64,000 bases of DNA, taken from NCBI GenBank assembly GCA_973851085.1, contig OZ316775.1:10292001-10356000 (forward strand), written 5' to 3'. The position numbers and the translations under genes were made by a program. Positions 39,483 through 52,830 of the stretch are shown piece by piece. This DNA comes from Ptychomitrium polyphyllum. Lineage: Eukaryota. Under the pieces are notes generated by a model. The model did not search any database. It had not been told where the DNA came from and was given only the letters and a program-made list of their open reading frames with translations. Position 1 is the stretch's first letter; the number at the start of each line of letters is the position of its first letter.

Positions 39483-42400
39483 ATGGCTAACCAGCCTGCG
39501 AACCCTCCTGCACACGGTCCGGCAGCCGCTCATGTGGTAAGAGTTGGCAGCCTCCTTTACTGGATCTTGTGTATACCCATCGCCGTTTCTTCTGGTTCCG
39601 TTTCGTCATGTGACCCTCTGATCCCAGGCTTGCACGCTGTGCGAGTGTGATTCGGGGCGGGGGGGGGGGGGGGGGGGGGGGGGTTAGGGAGCGATCTGAA
39701 AGTTTCGCCGACAACACCTTTCTGCAGGGTTTGCCCTGATAGTAACCTAGGCAAACATTCCCTCCGTCAGCACCCGATCGGTTCACAGGGAGGATCACAT
39801 GTGACAGCTAGGGTTTGTGGGTGCTTGGATGGCTCTCGCCCTCCGGTGTGCAGTGTTTGTGATGTCCTCGGGTGTGGTTGCTCATCCTTGTCGTATGTGG
39901 TGCAGGTGGGGAACGCGTTTGTGAATCAATACTACAACGTCCTTCATCAGTCACCACAGGTGGTGCACCGATTCTACACCGATGCCAGCCGCTTGACTCG
40001 GGCTGAAGCGGGGGCCGATGGCGCCGTCGACACCGTGGGGACTCAAAAGGTGAGGGCCTTCCGCCTAACGTGTGGGCTAGTTTTATCCCGGCGTGTGTGA
40101 GGTAGTCAGGGCTCCCTGGCCGGGCAGGTCAAGCCCCGGCACAGGTGTCATAACACAGGCTGTTCGAAGATACACCCAAGTCCGTGATGTTGGAGGCAAC
40201 CGCGTGTAGTTTTTGAGACGAGTCGCAGGTGGAGTGAGTGGGTTGATAAGGCGGTTTGAGATAGTCGGGATCGGTGACGGCGGCTCTGTCCAGCCGCTTA
40301 GCTGATTGTGGGCAGTGAGCTGATTGTGTGGAGAAGTCCCTCGTGCGAGTCGGTTTAGCCACACGTCCACGCACCGGCGCGCAAGCATTGTTCCTTGCAG
40401 ATGGCGCTAGAAATGATTTTTTCCGTTCGTCTCTGGTAAAGGCTTGTGTCATGACTGTTCGGGGCAGAACTTTGTATCGGTCTGGCGCGCTTTGGGTGGA
40501 CCAATTCTGCCGTGGGAGTTCTCATCGCACCGCTCGTTTGTGTAGGAGATCCACCTGAAAGTGATGTCGTCGAACTACAGCGAGTTCAAGGCGGAGATCA
40601 AGACTGTGGACTCTCAGGATTCTCACGGCGGAGGAGTTCTGGTGTTGGTCACCGGATCGCTGTCGACCAAGTCGAGCGACAAGAGGAATTTCGTGCAGAG
40701 CTTCTTTCTGGCCCCACAGGAGAAGGGGTACTTCGTGCTGAACGACATCTTCCGGTATCTGGACGTGGAGACGCAGCAGACGAAGTCCGTGCCCAGTGCT
40801 CCCGTGAGCAACCCCGAGCCGCCAGTCGTCCATCAACCTGCCCCGGAGCCAGGTGAGCAGTGGGCCATTCTGCCGTATGAACCGGTGCGCGTGACTGTGG
40901 TCGATCTGTGTCGGAGTCGGATGCACGTGAGGACTAAAGCCGACTCGGTTGTGGTGTTTCCAGCCGTGGAGCAGCAGGCGTCGGTTCCAGAACCGGAGGT
41001 GGTGAGGGAGATCATGCCTGCTTTGGAGAGCGAGGCTCCAGCCGAGGAAGCGTACGAGCATTCGGAGGCCGCAGCCACGGAAGGCGAGGAAGAGGTGGGC
41101 CCTTCGCCAGTGGAGAACATGACTGCACCTATCATCGAGGAACCGGAGTCCCCGATGGTTCAGAGCGCTCCTGCTGCCAATGCGAACGAGCCCGAGCCCG
41201 CCGGAGAGGCACCGAAGAAGCACTCTTATGCATCCATCGTGAGTGAGCGTACCCTGATTCTGACTGGTTGTTTGGTTTCGGCGGGCAGTCCGTGGAATGT
41301 GGTGTGTACGCATGTGCTCGTTCGATGTTCTGACGAGGCTACGGTGGGTGGTCCGGGCACAGCTGAAGGTGTACGGCATTCCCATAAAGGCCGCACCCCA
41401 GGCGCCAGTGGAGCGTCCTGCGGCCACGTCGTCGCCATCTCCTGCGGCTGCTGCTGGCAGTGCCCCCGCTCCTGCCGCTCCGTCGTCCGTGCCAGAGGAA
41501 GCCCAGGAGAAGGCTGCTCCGGTGGAGAACGAAGGTGAGTTGGGCAGTGAATGGAGAGGAGCGGCTGTTGTGTAATCGTGATGGTTAGGATACCTCCGAG
41601 GAGTAGAATGTCGACGTCGGCTCGTTTGTGAGCTGGCCGTATCTGTTGACGAGTGGTGCTGCAGTCGTAGACGGTCCTAATGTGCGGTGTGGCGCAGCTG
41701 ACGGGCGGTCAGTTTACGTGAAGAACCTGCCGATGACCATCACAGCAGCCGAGTTGGAGAAGGAGCTGTCCCAGTTCGGCGCCGTGAAGGCCGGGGGCGT
41801 GAACGTGAAGAACCAGAAGGTACGTGTGGGTTGTATGGGTGGTGTATTCGAAAGCGCGGGATCGTCAGAAGGTGCATGACTCGGTGGCTGCACACGGTGC
41901 TCTGCTGTCGTGAATGCGAAGTTGAGATCTCGGATGAGGGGTCGCATTCGTGGGTCGTGAACACTGATGGTTGTGGTGTTGCTGATGAACAGCAAGCTGT
42001 ATGCTATGCGTTTGTGGAGTTCGAGGAAGCGGCCGGAGCTCAGAGCGCCATCGAGGTACGTGAACCCTGGTCAAAACGGGGCCTACTTGAGCAGTTGCAG
42101 TCATCCGCGACGATGGAGGGTGCAGTGTGGTTGAGTCGTGCGTTGGTCGAGGGCGATCCGCGTCCCCGAGATGATGGAGTTCTGATGTTGTCTGTTGCGT
42201 GCAGGCTTCTCCCGTGTCCGTTTTGGGTCGGCAGGTTTACATCGAAGAGAAGAAGACCATGGGACGGGGTAAGCTGGGAGCGGAAGTTGATTTTGTGACG
42301 TGCTATTTCGGCATGGGAGGCGGTGTTGTGTAGAGGCGGCGGTGTGTGATGATGACGAGGTGTTGTTTGTTTTTGGTGACAGGCACGTACTCGACAGGAG

Positions 42401-42693
42401 CAAGGCGTTCAAGCGACAACAGGGGCGAACGGCCATACCGAAGCGAGGGAGGGCGAGGACGGGGCTCGTACGGCGGGCGAGACTCACGGGAGCGGGACGG
42501 CGGGCGGGGCGGGCGTGGGTCCGGAGCCTCCCGTGGAGGCGAACGCCAGGGGTATCCCAATTCGAACGGATCGGGTGCGCCAGCATACGGCGGAGGCGAA
42601 CGTCGCTCGGAGGGGCAAAGAGCGCCGAGACGTAACACCGGTTCGGCGCAACCCCCTCGGACCAACGGTTCGCCCGCAGTTGCGAACGTCTGA
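39483..42693 (+). CDS. G3BP: G3BP-like NTF2-RRM-RGG protein (stress-granule factor), ~9 coding exons
   Basis: NTF2 domain (VGNAFVNQYYNVLHQSP..VHRFY; FVQSFFLAPQEKGYFVLNDIFRY), acidic/Pro-rich linker, KKHSYASI, RRM (SVYVKNLP; CYAFVEF) and RGG tail. Approximate exons: 39483-39536, 39906-40049, 40546-40852, 40964-41238, 41363-41534, 41698-41819, 41993-42055, 42205-42268, 42383-42693. Confidence 0.93.
39659..39683 (+). repeat. G25 homopolymer in the intron after the first coding exon of G3BP
   Basis: Read directly from the sequence. Confidence 0.9.
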
Positions 42694-43613
42694 AGATAGA
42701 GTTTGAGTATGAGGTTGTTCTGCTAGGAGGGATCAGCAGGCCAGTGAGCATACGATTGATGTGTCAGTTGAACATTGGCCCTCAGAGGAGAGGGACTTTC
42801 AGATACTCGAGATACAATTTTGTTCCCCAACACTTGCGATGTAACAAATACTAGGTTGACGCACGTTTTAGCGGGATATCAGCCGAAGGATTTGAATACT
42901 GGGTAGTGGTCATTAGCTTTAGTGCAATCTTAGGGTAACGAGAGGCTGTTGCCGGAAGGAATTTATGAAGCGTACCGTTTAAGGTGCACGTTTAGGTAGA
43001 GGTGCATTAGTCAACTTAAATTTGTTTCTGATGATGGGCAGACTGCTGGATAGGGGTATCGCGCAACCTTTTGGAAACATGCAGGAACTTCTGGCTCCTG
43101 CTATTGCCATGCATTTGACAGTTCACAGCAAAGTTTTTGTTGTGAGTAGGTCATCTGATATTTGCGAGAAGTTTAGCCTAGGTATGGAAGGCGAAGAAAC
43201 AGATACATTGGCTTGCTTTATTGTTTTGTTTTTTGTGGCACTTTGCATGGAGTTAAGATCAGGAGAAGCTGTTGTACTATGACTAGGTAGGTAAAGCAAT
43301 TTTGGAATAATTACTTCAGTAGAAGTCTATAGTTCCTTCGAGAAATAATACATGTCTGATTTCGTCTATGATCGCTGGATGTATGTCTTTCTGGAGATGA
43401 TTGGAGATTGTTACCCTTTTGTAAACTGTTGCCGATAGTTATTTTTTCTCATTCTGTTTTGTTGTTGTGTTTGGAATAATGGTTCACTTTTTGTTACAGT
43501 CTCTTTTTGTGCGCAACTAAATCATAGCTGCAGGTTACTGCGACTGAGTGGACTCATTAGTATTTAGGGTTCTACTTCTAGAGGTTTATTAGCTTTGATT
43601 TGCAGTGGGTTAG

Positions 43614-43661
43614 AGTGTCACTGCCAGTATAAAGAGTCCTTTATATACTGGTAGTGACACT
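43614..43661. repeat. 18-bp inverted repeat / hairpin
   Basis: agtgtcactgccagtata (43614-43631) pairs with tatactggtagtgacact (43644-43661), with one G-T pair. Confidence 0.85.
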
Positions 43662-44919
43662 AAATACTGGTATTCCAATCGTAGTCAGATCTTACAAAAT
43701 TGAACAGAATGTATTTGAGTTGTTCCTAATTCACATAGCGTAGTTGTCGGGACAGGGTGTAGTTCTCCCAACTTCATTACTATTATCTATCTTATATTTA
43801 GAGCTTGTATTCTACTTATGTAACGAAAGTTTCATGTAATATTTCATGAGTTTCAAACTATTCAACACGATTTATTGTTTTGAACACAATCATAACATTA
43901 TTCAGTTTTATTTGAAGTTGCTGTAATCTATTCACTTATGATTATGAGATGAATGTGCGTATTTTTGAAGCACATGTCTGAAATAATGCATTTGTACTAT
44001 AGATCCATGATGTATAATGAACAAAAAGCATTAAAACCAATAGTTTTCGTTAAATATTTGAAATATTGGGAAAAGCTTAATACATGAATGCATATGATTT
44101 CAATGACAAAGAAAAATTTCGACCTGTGAGTTTGATGCGTAATTTCAAAACACGTTGATATTACTCTTAGGTATGATTCATGTAACTTACAATATTCATT
44201 TGGTATGTAGAATTTAAATAATGAAAGGTTTTTGTGTATATTAGTGTAAATGAATTGAAAAGTGACTTACAAAGTTGAAATAAAATGACCTTGGATTGTG
44301 ATCTAAAAAAAGAACTTGTAGAAACACAAATATTCTATCACAAATCTTATCAATAATCTACAAAAAAATCAGTATTCAAACTGAGTTATGGAATTAATTA
44401 ACATATATTGTATTCAGTAATGCACACAATTCTCAATTCATTTATCATATTGATATACTTCCTCATTTCATTTTTCATCTAAAGTAAAGGTTTCAAATGT
44501 TTGCCTGCATTTGTTTAAAAATAACTAATACAATATACCTCAATATTCTTTAACAATTTAACCTATCCACTTTGACTTTGGAATGTCAAATATTAATACT
44601 CAGTAAAAAAAAAGCATGTGAAGGTGAGTATATGAAGACATGTATTTAGTTTCATGAATTGATACACAAACTCCGTTAATCTTCTATAATCCACATATCT
44701 CTCAAGAAGGAAGTATATCTTTTGAGTAAGGTTATCGAAGAAAAGTATGGAGTTAAAATATTATAATCTAGTCCATTCTGAGCGTGCAGACTGTGACGCC
44801 TATCTATAACACTCCACAGGGTTAGTTGCTGATCAGCAGTTCGCTACCTGACATGTTGTCGGATATTTTTTCGCAATGAAATCAACCCTGTGTGGGAAAA
44901 AAAACAAAACACAGCACTC

Positions 44920-45318
44920 AACGGCTACAGTCCTGGCACAGACCAGGAGTCCAGTGTACCATTTTCTACCCGCACTGCACCAACCAATTCCCTCTCAGTC
45001 CATCACCTGCATGCCGGCCATATTAATAATCAAAATACTTCAACTACAACGGTCACCCCCTATAATCATAGCAGCTGCTCTGTTCCTTTCGAAAACCTGT
45101 GAAAACATTCAAAAATATTTCTGCATGAAGTCTCCACCACAACGGACAATTACTATCCCCTATCCCTATGCACCTACACGAACCATCCACCGTTGCTTAC
45201 ATCGACGGCTATAGGCACCCCCGCTTCAACGGTCTTCGGATTTAAACCTCACAACCAACTCTACCAAATTCATAACTACATTGTAGAATATACCATATCT
45301 CCGCAAATCAGAACCGTT
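44920..45318 (+). promoter_or_regulatory. Cluster of AACGG (MSA / MYB3R-type) cores upstream of kinesin-5
   Basis: AACGG at 44920, 45048, 45141 and 45228; CCGTT at 45190 and 45314. Confidence 0.55.
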
Positions 45319-46638
45319 AAGAAGGCACGCACAAAACCCAACCTTGTGCACAAAAGCAACACTTCGTATTTTTTCTAGATTCTATCATCTCAAGTGTTAG
45401 AACACAGTAGATAATGATGGCTTTAGGTGTAGTGACGGTTCTGCATATGCTTTCGTACTAACTCACCAGCTCGTAAGTCTACAAATCGAGGTATACGTGC
45501 GGAGTTGAAGGAATTTAACCCCAAAAATCATAACTGTACCCCTAAACCACCATAACAAACCGTATTTGTTCACTCAGCGCTTTGCAATCTAGGTTTTGGA
45601 TGGATAGAGCTGGGTTTGGATGCAGTGATGGGATTCTGTGCGCATCCTCTGCATCTACATTCTGAAACACAATGTGCTGCTGTCACATAGAGGAAGGATA
45701 TGAAGTGTACCGTCCGTGTAGATTGCAGGTTGAAGAGCGGGTTTAGCGGGAACGCAGGGGTTTGAAATGTAAAGAATGGGGGAGAAGGCCGTTCAGGAGA
45801 GCGCGAGAAGAGGCAGGAGGCTCCCTCCCTTTCTTCCCGCACGGTCCTCGCTCTCGCCCGCATTCTCGCTCTCCACCATCGTTCATCTTGTTTCTGCTGC
45901 GTCTCATCGTGTAGCTCATCGCGCCCTCTCTCCGTCGTTTGTCTTACGGCGTCTTCTCGTGCCAGCATTCCGCAGTTTGAGTTCTTACAGTGCACATAAT
46001 CGCTGGCTTCAGGTGTTTGTGAGCGTTTTGACGTTGATGATCCAGTGTTTGAGGTTTTGAGTTGTCGTGAATGTGGACTATAGTACAGGGAGCGTTGCTG
46101 TCAGCTTTGAGTGATTCTTTGGAAGGAGGAGTTTGTTTTTTGATGCGGCGGTTGAGGGGAGTGTGCTGTTGCGATTCTGCTGGCGGTTGATTAGTGCCCT
46201 GTTTGAGGAATCAGTGACGAGGTGAAGTTTGTGAGGAGGATCTGGAGAGACGTGGAGGGGTGTTTTTGGTTTGATGACCAGGGTTTTCTGTGGTTTGAGT
46301 TAAATGGGAATGTTGCACTGATCGGCAGTAGGTTTAAAGGACGCACATTGTTTTGTGTTGTACATATCCTGTTTAACTTGGGCCTTTTGTGAAGTGTTTG
46401 GATCGAGTCGAAGTGCGACACATTCTGGAGGGGAGGAAGTCTTTTTTGGTCAAATAAGTGGAAAGAAACAGAGGCTTCGGCTCGTTAGGGGGTACTAGGG
46501 GATGGGAATTGCTTGAGTGTTTTCTTGAAAGTCAGTTTCGGGTGATTGCTCTTTGAGCTTCAAGAAACACTGGCTCGCGATCCGGTCCTGTTTTCGCCAC
46601 GTGCCGCCAGGCCAGTATCCAAGATTCCGGTCGAAACT

Positions 46639-49600
46639 ATGGCGGCTCGAGCGGAGAAAGACAAAGGTGTGGCCGTGCAGGTCCTGCTACGTTGCAGGTA
46701 TAGTTTCTTCAAGTTAGTGTTTTAGTTTGTGCATATATTGTATATTAAAATAGCGTGCTGAATCTCTTATGCTTCTCTTGACAGACCTATCAATGATGAA
46801 GAGAAGAGATCCAAAACCCCTCAGGTCATTTCCTGCAACGACACTCGCCGGGAGGTCACTGTATTCCAGAATATCGCCAGTAAACAGATTGACCGAACCT
46901 TCACTTTCGACAAGGTTAGTTGATAACTGATATCACTTTAATGTCGTTCTCCTCGTGCATTCGGCAAGGTGGTTCTTCATCTGTATGCGAAGGTCACAGA
47001 AGCATTCACCGGAAGCCAATTTGAATGCTGTGTACAGATCAGTATGATTCTTCCGTTCAACCAATTCCGACGTAGCGTGGTCTTTTGTAACAACATTGTA
47101 TATAGTGCACAAGCTGAAGAATAGGCTTGTATTAGTGTATGGCCAGTTATTCACGTTTATCAATGATTTTCAGCCCCTCTAACTTCATCCCCGAAGCTTT
47201 GCCTGGGAACAACTTTTCCTTTTCCGGACGTAGTTAATATGTTACCCACTGCAGTTGCTCGACTGCTAATATGGAGTTTGAAGTAGTGCTTTACACGATC
47301 TTGTGATCACTCCCAACTTCCAAGTCATAGGGTTAAATTGATATCTTGTTCTGACCGCTTGTTTATCTGTGATTTAGGTCTTTGGGCCACAATCAAAACA
47401 GGTTGATCTCTACGATCAAGCCATTGTGCCAATTGTCAACGAGGTTTTGGATGGCTTTAACTGCACCATTTTTGCGTACGGACAGACTGGGACTGGAAAA
47501 ACATACACCATGGAAGGGTCAGGAAGGAAAACCAAGGTAACATATTTGTTAGTTAGCCGGTGCTTTTGCTGCGCTCTTCATGTCTCCTCAGGGTGTCTCC
47601 GTGATCAAAGAATGTTGTAGTAGTTAGGAATTTGTACTTGACGCTCATATTAAAACGTCAAGTTAATCCTCCCAGAATGGAGAGCTTCCTGCCGACGCGG
47701 GTGTTATTCCTCGCGCTGTTCAACAAATTTTCGAGACTCTCGACAGAGACAATCAAGAGTATAGCGTCAAGGTCACTTACCTGGAGCTCTACAATGAGGA
47801 ACTCACTGACTTACTTGCACCTGAAGAATATTCCAAGGTGGTTATAGATGAGAAGATTAAGAAGCCACTGGCCCTGATGGAGGATGGTAAAGGCGGAGTC
47901 CTTGTCAGGGGTTTAGAAGAGGAGATAGTCACCAGCGCCAACGAGATCTACACCCTCCTTGATAGGGGTTCTTCGAAACGCCAGACTGCGGAGACGTTAC
48001 TGAACAAACAGTCAAGGTACGTCAATTCATTAACATCTATACGATCAGACGACTATGCTTTCTGGAGATTTTGCGTGTCAGTAAAACTTAGCAGGAACGG
48101 TATCTTAGAGATTTATGATAGAGCTATATGTTCAGAGTGGTGGTCTTCTCATAGAGCCTGATTTCCTCTTTTCATCTAAAAGTATGAGTGTTACCGATTT
48201 GAATCGAAGTTTATAGCACGAGCCAATCTGAGATCCAACAATCTTTCTCCTCATTTAATTTTTTGTTCGTATTTCAGCCGATCACACTCGATATTCTCGA
48301 TCACTATCCACATCAAGGAAACAACTCCGGAGGGTGAAGAGCTGATGAAATGTGGAAAGTTGAATCTAGTGGATCTTGCTGGATCCGAAAACATCTCTAG
48401 GTCTGGAGCTAAAGATGTAAGTCTTGATCCTTATTTCACAGTAATTCAAGACAGAGGAGAAACAATTAGTTCGGAGATCTTTCAGTTGTGGAAGCATCTC
48501 TTACTGCTCTTCATGTGCATGCAGAATCGGGCTCGCGAAGCTGGAGAAATCAACAAGAGCCTCCTTACCCTTGGACGTGTTATTACAGCTCTGGTTGAAC
48601 ATTTGGGCCACATACCTTACAGGTGAAGTATTATCTCATGCCCAGCCATTCCTGTTTTGTTCAACGTAGCTTTCTCATAGTGAACTTTTTACCTAAATAT
48701 ATCTTGATATCTCCGTACTACAGAGACAGTAAGTTGACAAGATTGCTGAGAGACTCGTTGGGAGGAAGGACGAAGACGTGTATCATCGCTACTGTCTCGC
48801 CTTCTGTCCATTGCCTTGATGAAACACTCAGCACGTTGGACTACGCATGTCGTGCCAAGAGTATAAAGAATAAACCCGAGGTATGTAACCATTTCTCGGC
48901 AGCGGTTTGCGTGTTACCATACATGGCATGAGTATTTTTGAAAATCTACGATGTTGAAGGTAGGGTTGACTGTCGCCCTGAATGTGTGCAGGTGAATCAG
49001 AAAATGATGAAATCCGCCCTCATTAAAGATTTATACGGCGAGATAGATAGGCTCAAAGCAGGTACACGTCGACATATCTAAGTTTCGTGTTAAGATATGA
49101 TCATTATCATTATCCAATATTGGGCTGACATACACGTGACGTCTTTGAAACAGAGGTATATTCTGCTCGTGAGAGAAATGGTATTTACATTCCTCGTGAA
49201 CGTTACTTTGAAGAGGAAGCGGAGAAAAAGGTCAGTCACCTGTACGTTTCGACCTTTTATTTTCAAGTTATTCATTTGTGGATTGTATTTGTCATTAGTT
49301 CCGCTGACAATTGTTTCTTTACAGGCTATGGTGGACAAGATAGAACTAATGGAATTTGAGTTGGAGGCCAAAGACAAGGTATGTTATTGACCTCTTCATG
49401 ATGCTACACTGAATTTTTAGGTTTTTGTTCTTACACTTGATTCTCATGGTCTTCCCAGAATGTTACTCATGCGAAGTATGCTTTATCTGCGCAGCATATT
49501 GAGGACTTACGAATGCTTAATGAAACTCAGCAACAACAATATTCGGAGCTCCTCGTTAAGCTGACTCTCACTCAGGTGAGAAATTGTCTTTCAGTTCAGA

Positions 49601-52600
49601 GAATGTTTGTGAGTCCAGGGAACGCAGCCTGCTTGGGGGCGTGTAGTAATCATCACTCACATTTGAGGCTTTTCAATTTGTGCAGAAAACACTCGAGAAT
49701 ACTCTGGACACCTTGTGCGAAACACAGGAGAACCTGAAGCAAGCTAATGCTGCTATCAGGGAACGCGACTTTGTAATAGCGAACCAGAGAGAAGCAGAGA
49801 AGTCTCTCGTCGGACGAGCAGCGGAATTGAGGAAGGAGCTGGAGGCCACCGTTCAGGATGTTGCTGGCTTGTTCGCCAAGATCGGTATGGTTCCTACTGT
49901 TTAAATTCTTTTCTCCGAGGGCCACTTTTCTGCTCCTGTCGGGTGATAAGACTTCTGTTCTATGAGTTGAATTTCTTTTTACATAAGTCTACCGTTAGTT
50001 GCTATCAAACCCTATGATGCGAAAGAATGCCCAATCAACTAGCAATTCTGTCATGTGCAGAGCGGAAGGAGGAACTCGAGATTAAAAATCAGAATCTGGT
50101 GAATGCTTTCCAAAATGGGCTGACGGAACATATGGACGAACTTCGTACTCTGGTGGTAGGAGGAGTAGGTGTCCAGCAGCAGCAACTCCAAACTCTGGAA
50201 GAGCAACTCAAGTCTTTCTTGAACGTTAAGGACCAGGTATTTTGATTAGAACTGAACGAGATTTGAATTCAAGGGATGGCGTTGTAAAACAGCATCTTTA
50301 ATCATACTTACATTGTGTAATTACTTATATAATCCGCAGGCTGTGGACGAGTTGAAAAAGAAGCTTCAAAGTCTGCAGGATATGTATCTGTCCCAGTTGC
50401 AGTTGGTCCATTCAGCAGTCCATGCTCATGAGGCCTCTTCTACCTCAACGTTCAAGACCCTCGACTCTACAATCACTGCTCATCCTAAAGCCCTAGAACA
50501 GGTTAGTCATAAATTTTGACCAAATTCAGGGCCTGGAAAATCGAAGTGGGCCGTGCTGTGATGCGCCATAATAAACTAATATGCCTCGTCATGATTATTC
50601 TCTCATGATAAATCCTCTGGATTGTGCAGCTCCTGGTCAGCGCTGTGTCCGATGCACAAACTGTGCTTCATGATCTCCAAAATAGTCTCTCTATCCAAAA
50701 CCAAGAAGTTGCTGCATTTGCTCAACAACAACGTGAGGTAAGAAATGCGCGTGACTTTATGACTAAACGTGCATAACTCTCTGACTAATAATATGGAAAC
50801 ACCAGCAAAATCTTACATCGGTTACATATTTGTAACACTAATTTCGTGTGCTGTCCCTCAGGCGGCTCACAAGAGCCTGGAAGCTGCTCGGGATATTACC
50901 CATGTTGTGTTGACGTCCTTGTCAATTATGGAGGCCGATGCTAATAACTTCCGAGACCATGTCAATTCTAGCAGCGCGATACATGACCAAGGACTCCTTG
51001 ATCTTGCGGTGGTTTATGAGGTTTGATGCTCTCTTTTTAACTAACGACTTCTGAGGATATGCAATTGGTCATGGCTGTTCCTGTATAATAGTGGTTAATG
51101 ATCCCTTCGGCTTCGAGTATGTCGTCATGTAGTTCGGAAATCTTGGCTACGATGTCATATATATATGGCCTAGTTTTATTTACTCACGTTTTATCTACGG
51201 ATGTTTGCTGAAGTACTATTGTCATATGCAGGAACATGCAAGAAATGAACACACTCAACTCGTGGAAAGTATCACAGCAATGTTGGCCAGTTCTTTATCA
51301 AATCGGACTAATCTTGTAAGTTCTGAAATTGTTTGAGTTAACTAATCTATTACATTTTCAATATAAACTATCAACTATCGGCTCTGGACTTTCGGACTAT
51401 TCACGGCGGAGCTTGCTGTGGATTCGTACCCTAACCTGGCAGTGAGCCTTGTTACTCTGCAAACCTTCTGCAAGATTAATATTTCCTAACCGAGAATCAC
51501 ATTCTGGGACCAGGTTCAAACGCGTGTCAAGAAGCTCAGGGAGATTGCTAGCCAAGATTCTATTGTGGTGCAGCAAGGCTTCAAAAAGATCCAGGAAGAA
51601 GCCGTTACTGCTAACGGCCGGCTGAACGTCTTCATTGCTGCTGCTGACGCAACCGCAGTTGTAAATTCAGCTTTGTTAGCCTCAAAGGTCTCAACGGTGG
51701 AGGACAACCTTCAGTCCTGGTACGTTAAATATCAATTAAATTTTAACTTATGTTATATCTCGGTGCGGGAACCGCATGCACCAGGATTTTGGCATTCTTC
51801 TGACACTTGTGTTTTGTTTCAGTACGAAGCACACTACAACGTCTGGCAGGAAGTGGGAATCAACTTACGAACAAATTCAACAGCTAGAGAAGGGCCACAC
51901 TTCTGTCGTCACCGCCATTCTTGGGTTAGTAGTTGTTGACTTTTTGTAGAACTCATTGCACCTTTGACATAGACGTGATCAACCGGGTTCCTACGAAGTG
52001 CATGCATGCGACTGGTCCTCACTGCAAACTCTTATGCAGGGAGGGCGTGGAATCGAATATTAATCTTTTAGCCAATCTTCAAGGACTGGAGGATTCTGCT
52101 AAGTCGAAAATCGAGACAGAGAACAGTAATACAATGACTTTTGTAGACGGTATGCTATATCACCTGACTCTTGTATTAATGCTACTACATTTTGTAATAT
52201 GTCCAGGAGTTTCTATTTTGCACGGTATTCAGTGACCTTCGCATATCGAGGAATTAGAGTTGGATATTGGGAAATTTGGTATCTCAGTACTAAATATTCG
52301 TTTTTGTGTAATCTTAGCTACCTGCACTGGCGAGCACGAAGCAGCATCTAAAATGCAATCCACCATAGTATCACAGATAACAGCTGCAACAGAGCTTGAA
52401 AGCAGTCATGACTCAAGTGTGGCTGCTGTTCAAACACACTCCGACCATTACCTGAAAAAGGATTACTTGGTATACACCTACCCTGCGATTCCGTCTAAAT
52501 TTCTCCTACAACCGCTTTAGCCAGAGAGACATGAGTAGTTACATTGTTAGGAGGTTCTACCGTAGTTCTCACTCTCAAATTCCGGACTGACAAATGATAT

Positions 52601-52830
52601 CATATGTTCTGCAGGTGGATCAGCCTTCTTGCTCAACACCCCGGAAAAGAGCAATTCATGTCCCGACCCAGAACTCAATAAACGCGTTATGCACTCCGCC
52701 ACTTGATATTTTGCTTAATGAGTTCCGAACCAAGAATGCTGCTGGCGGACCTGAAAGATTGAGCAAAGTATTTCAATCGGTAGAGGCCTCCTTTCGAGAT
52801 TCTCGAACACCACTGACCACCATCAATTAG
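46639..52830 (+). CDS. KIN5: Kinesin-5 (BimC/Eg5 family) mitotic motor, multi-exon
   Basis: VQVLLRCR, P-loop [99 protein letters not shown], a coiled-coil stalk, BimC-box-like STPRKR and C-terminus RTPLTTIN. More than 20 GT-AG exons. Confidence 0.96.

Noticed and set aside
40183..40325. Intronic C/D-box snoRNA in a G3BP intron
   Set aside because: Box C is imperfect (GTGATGT) and no terminal stem or rRNA guide was evident.
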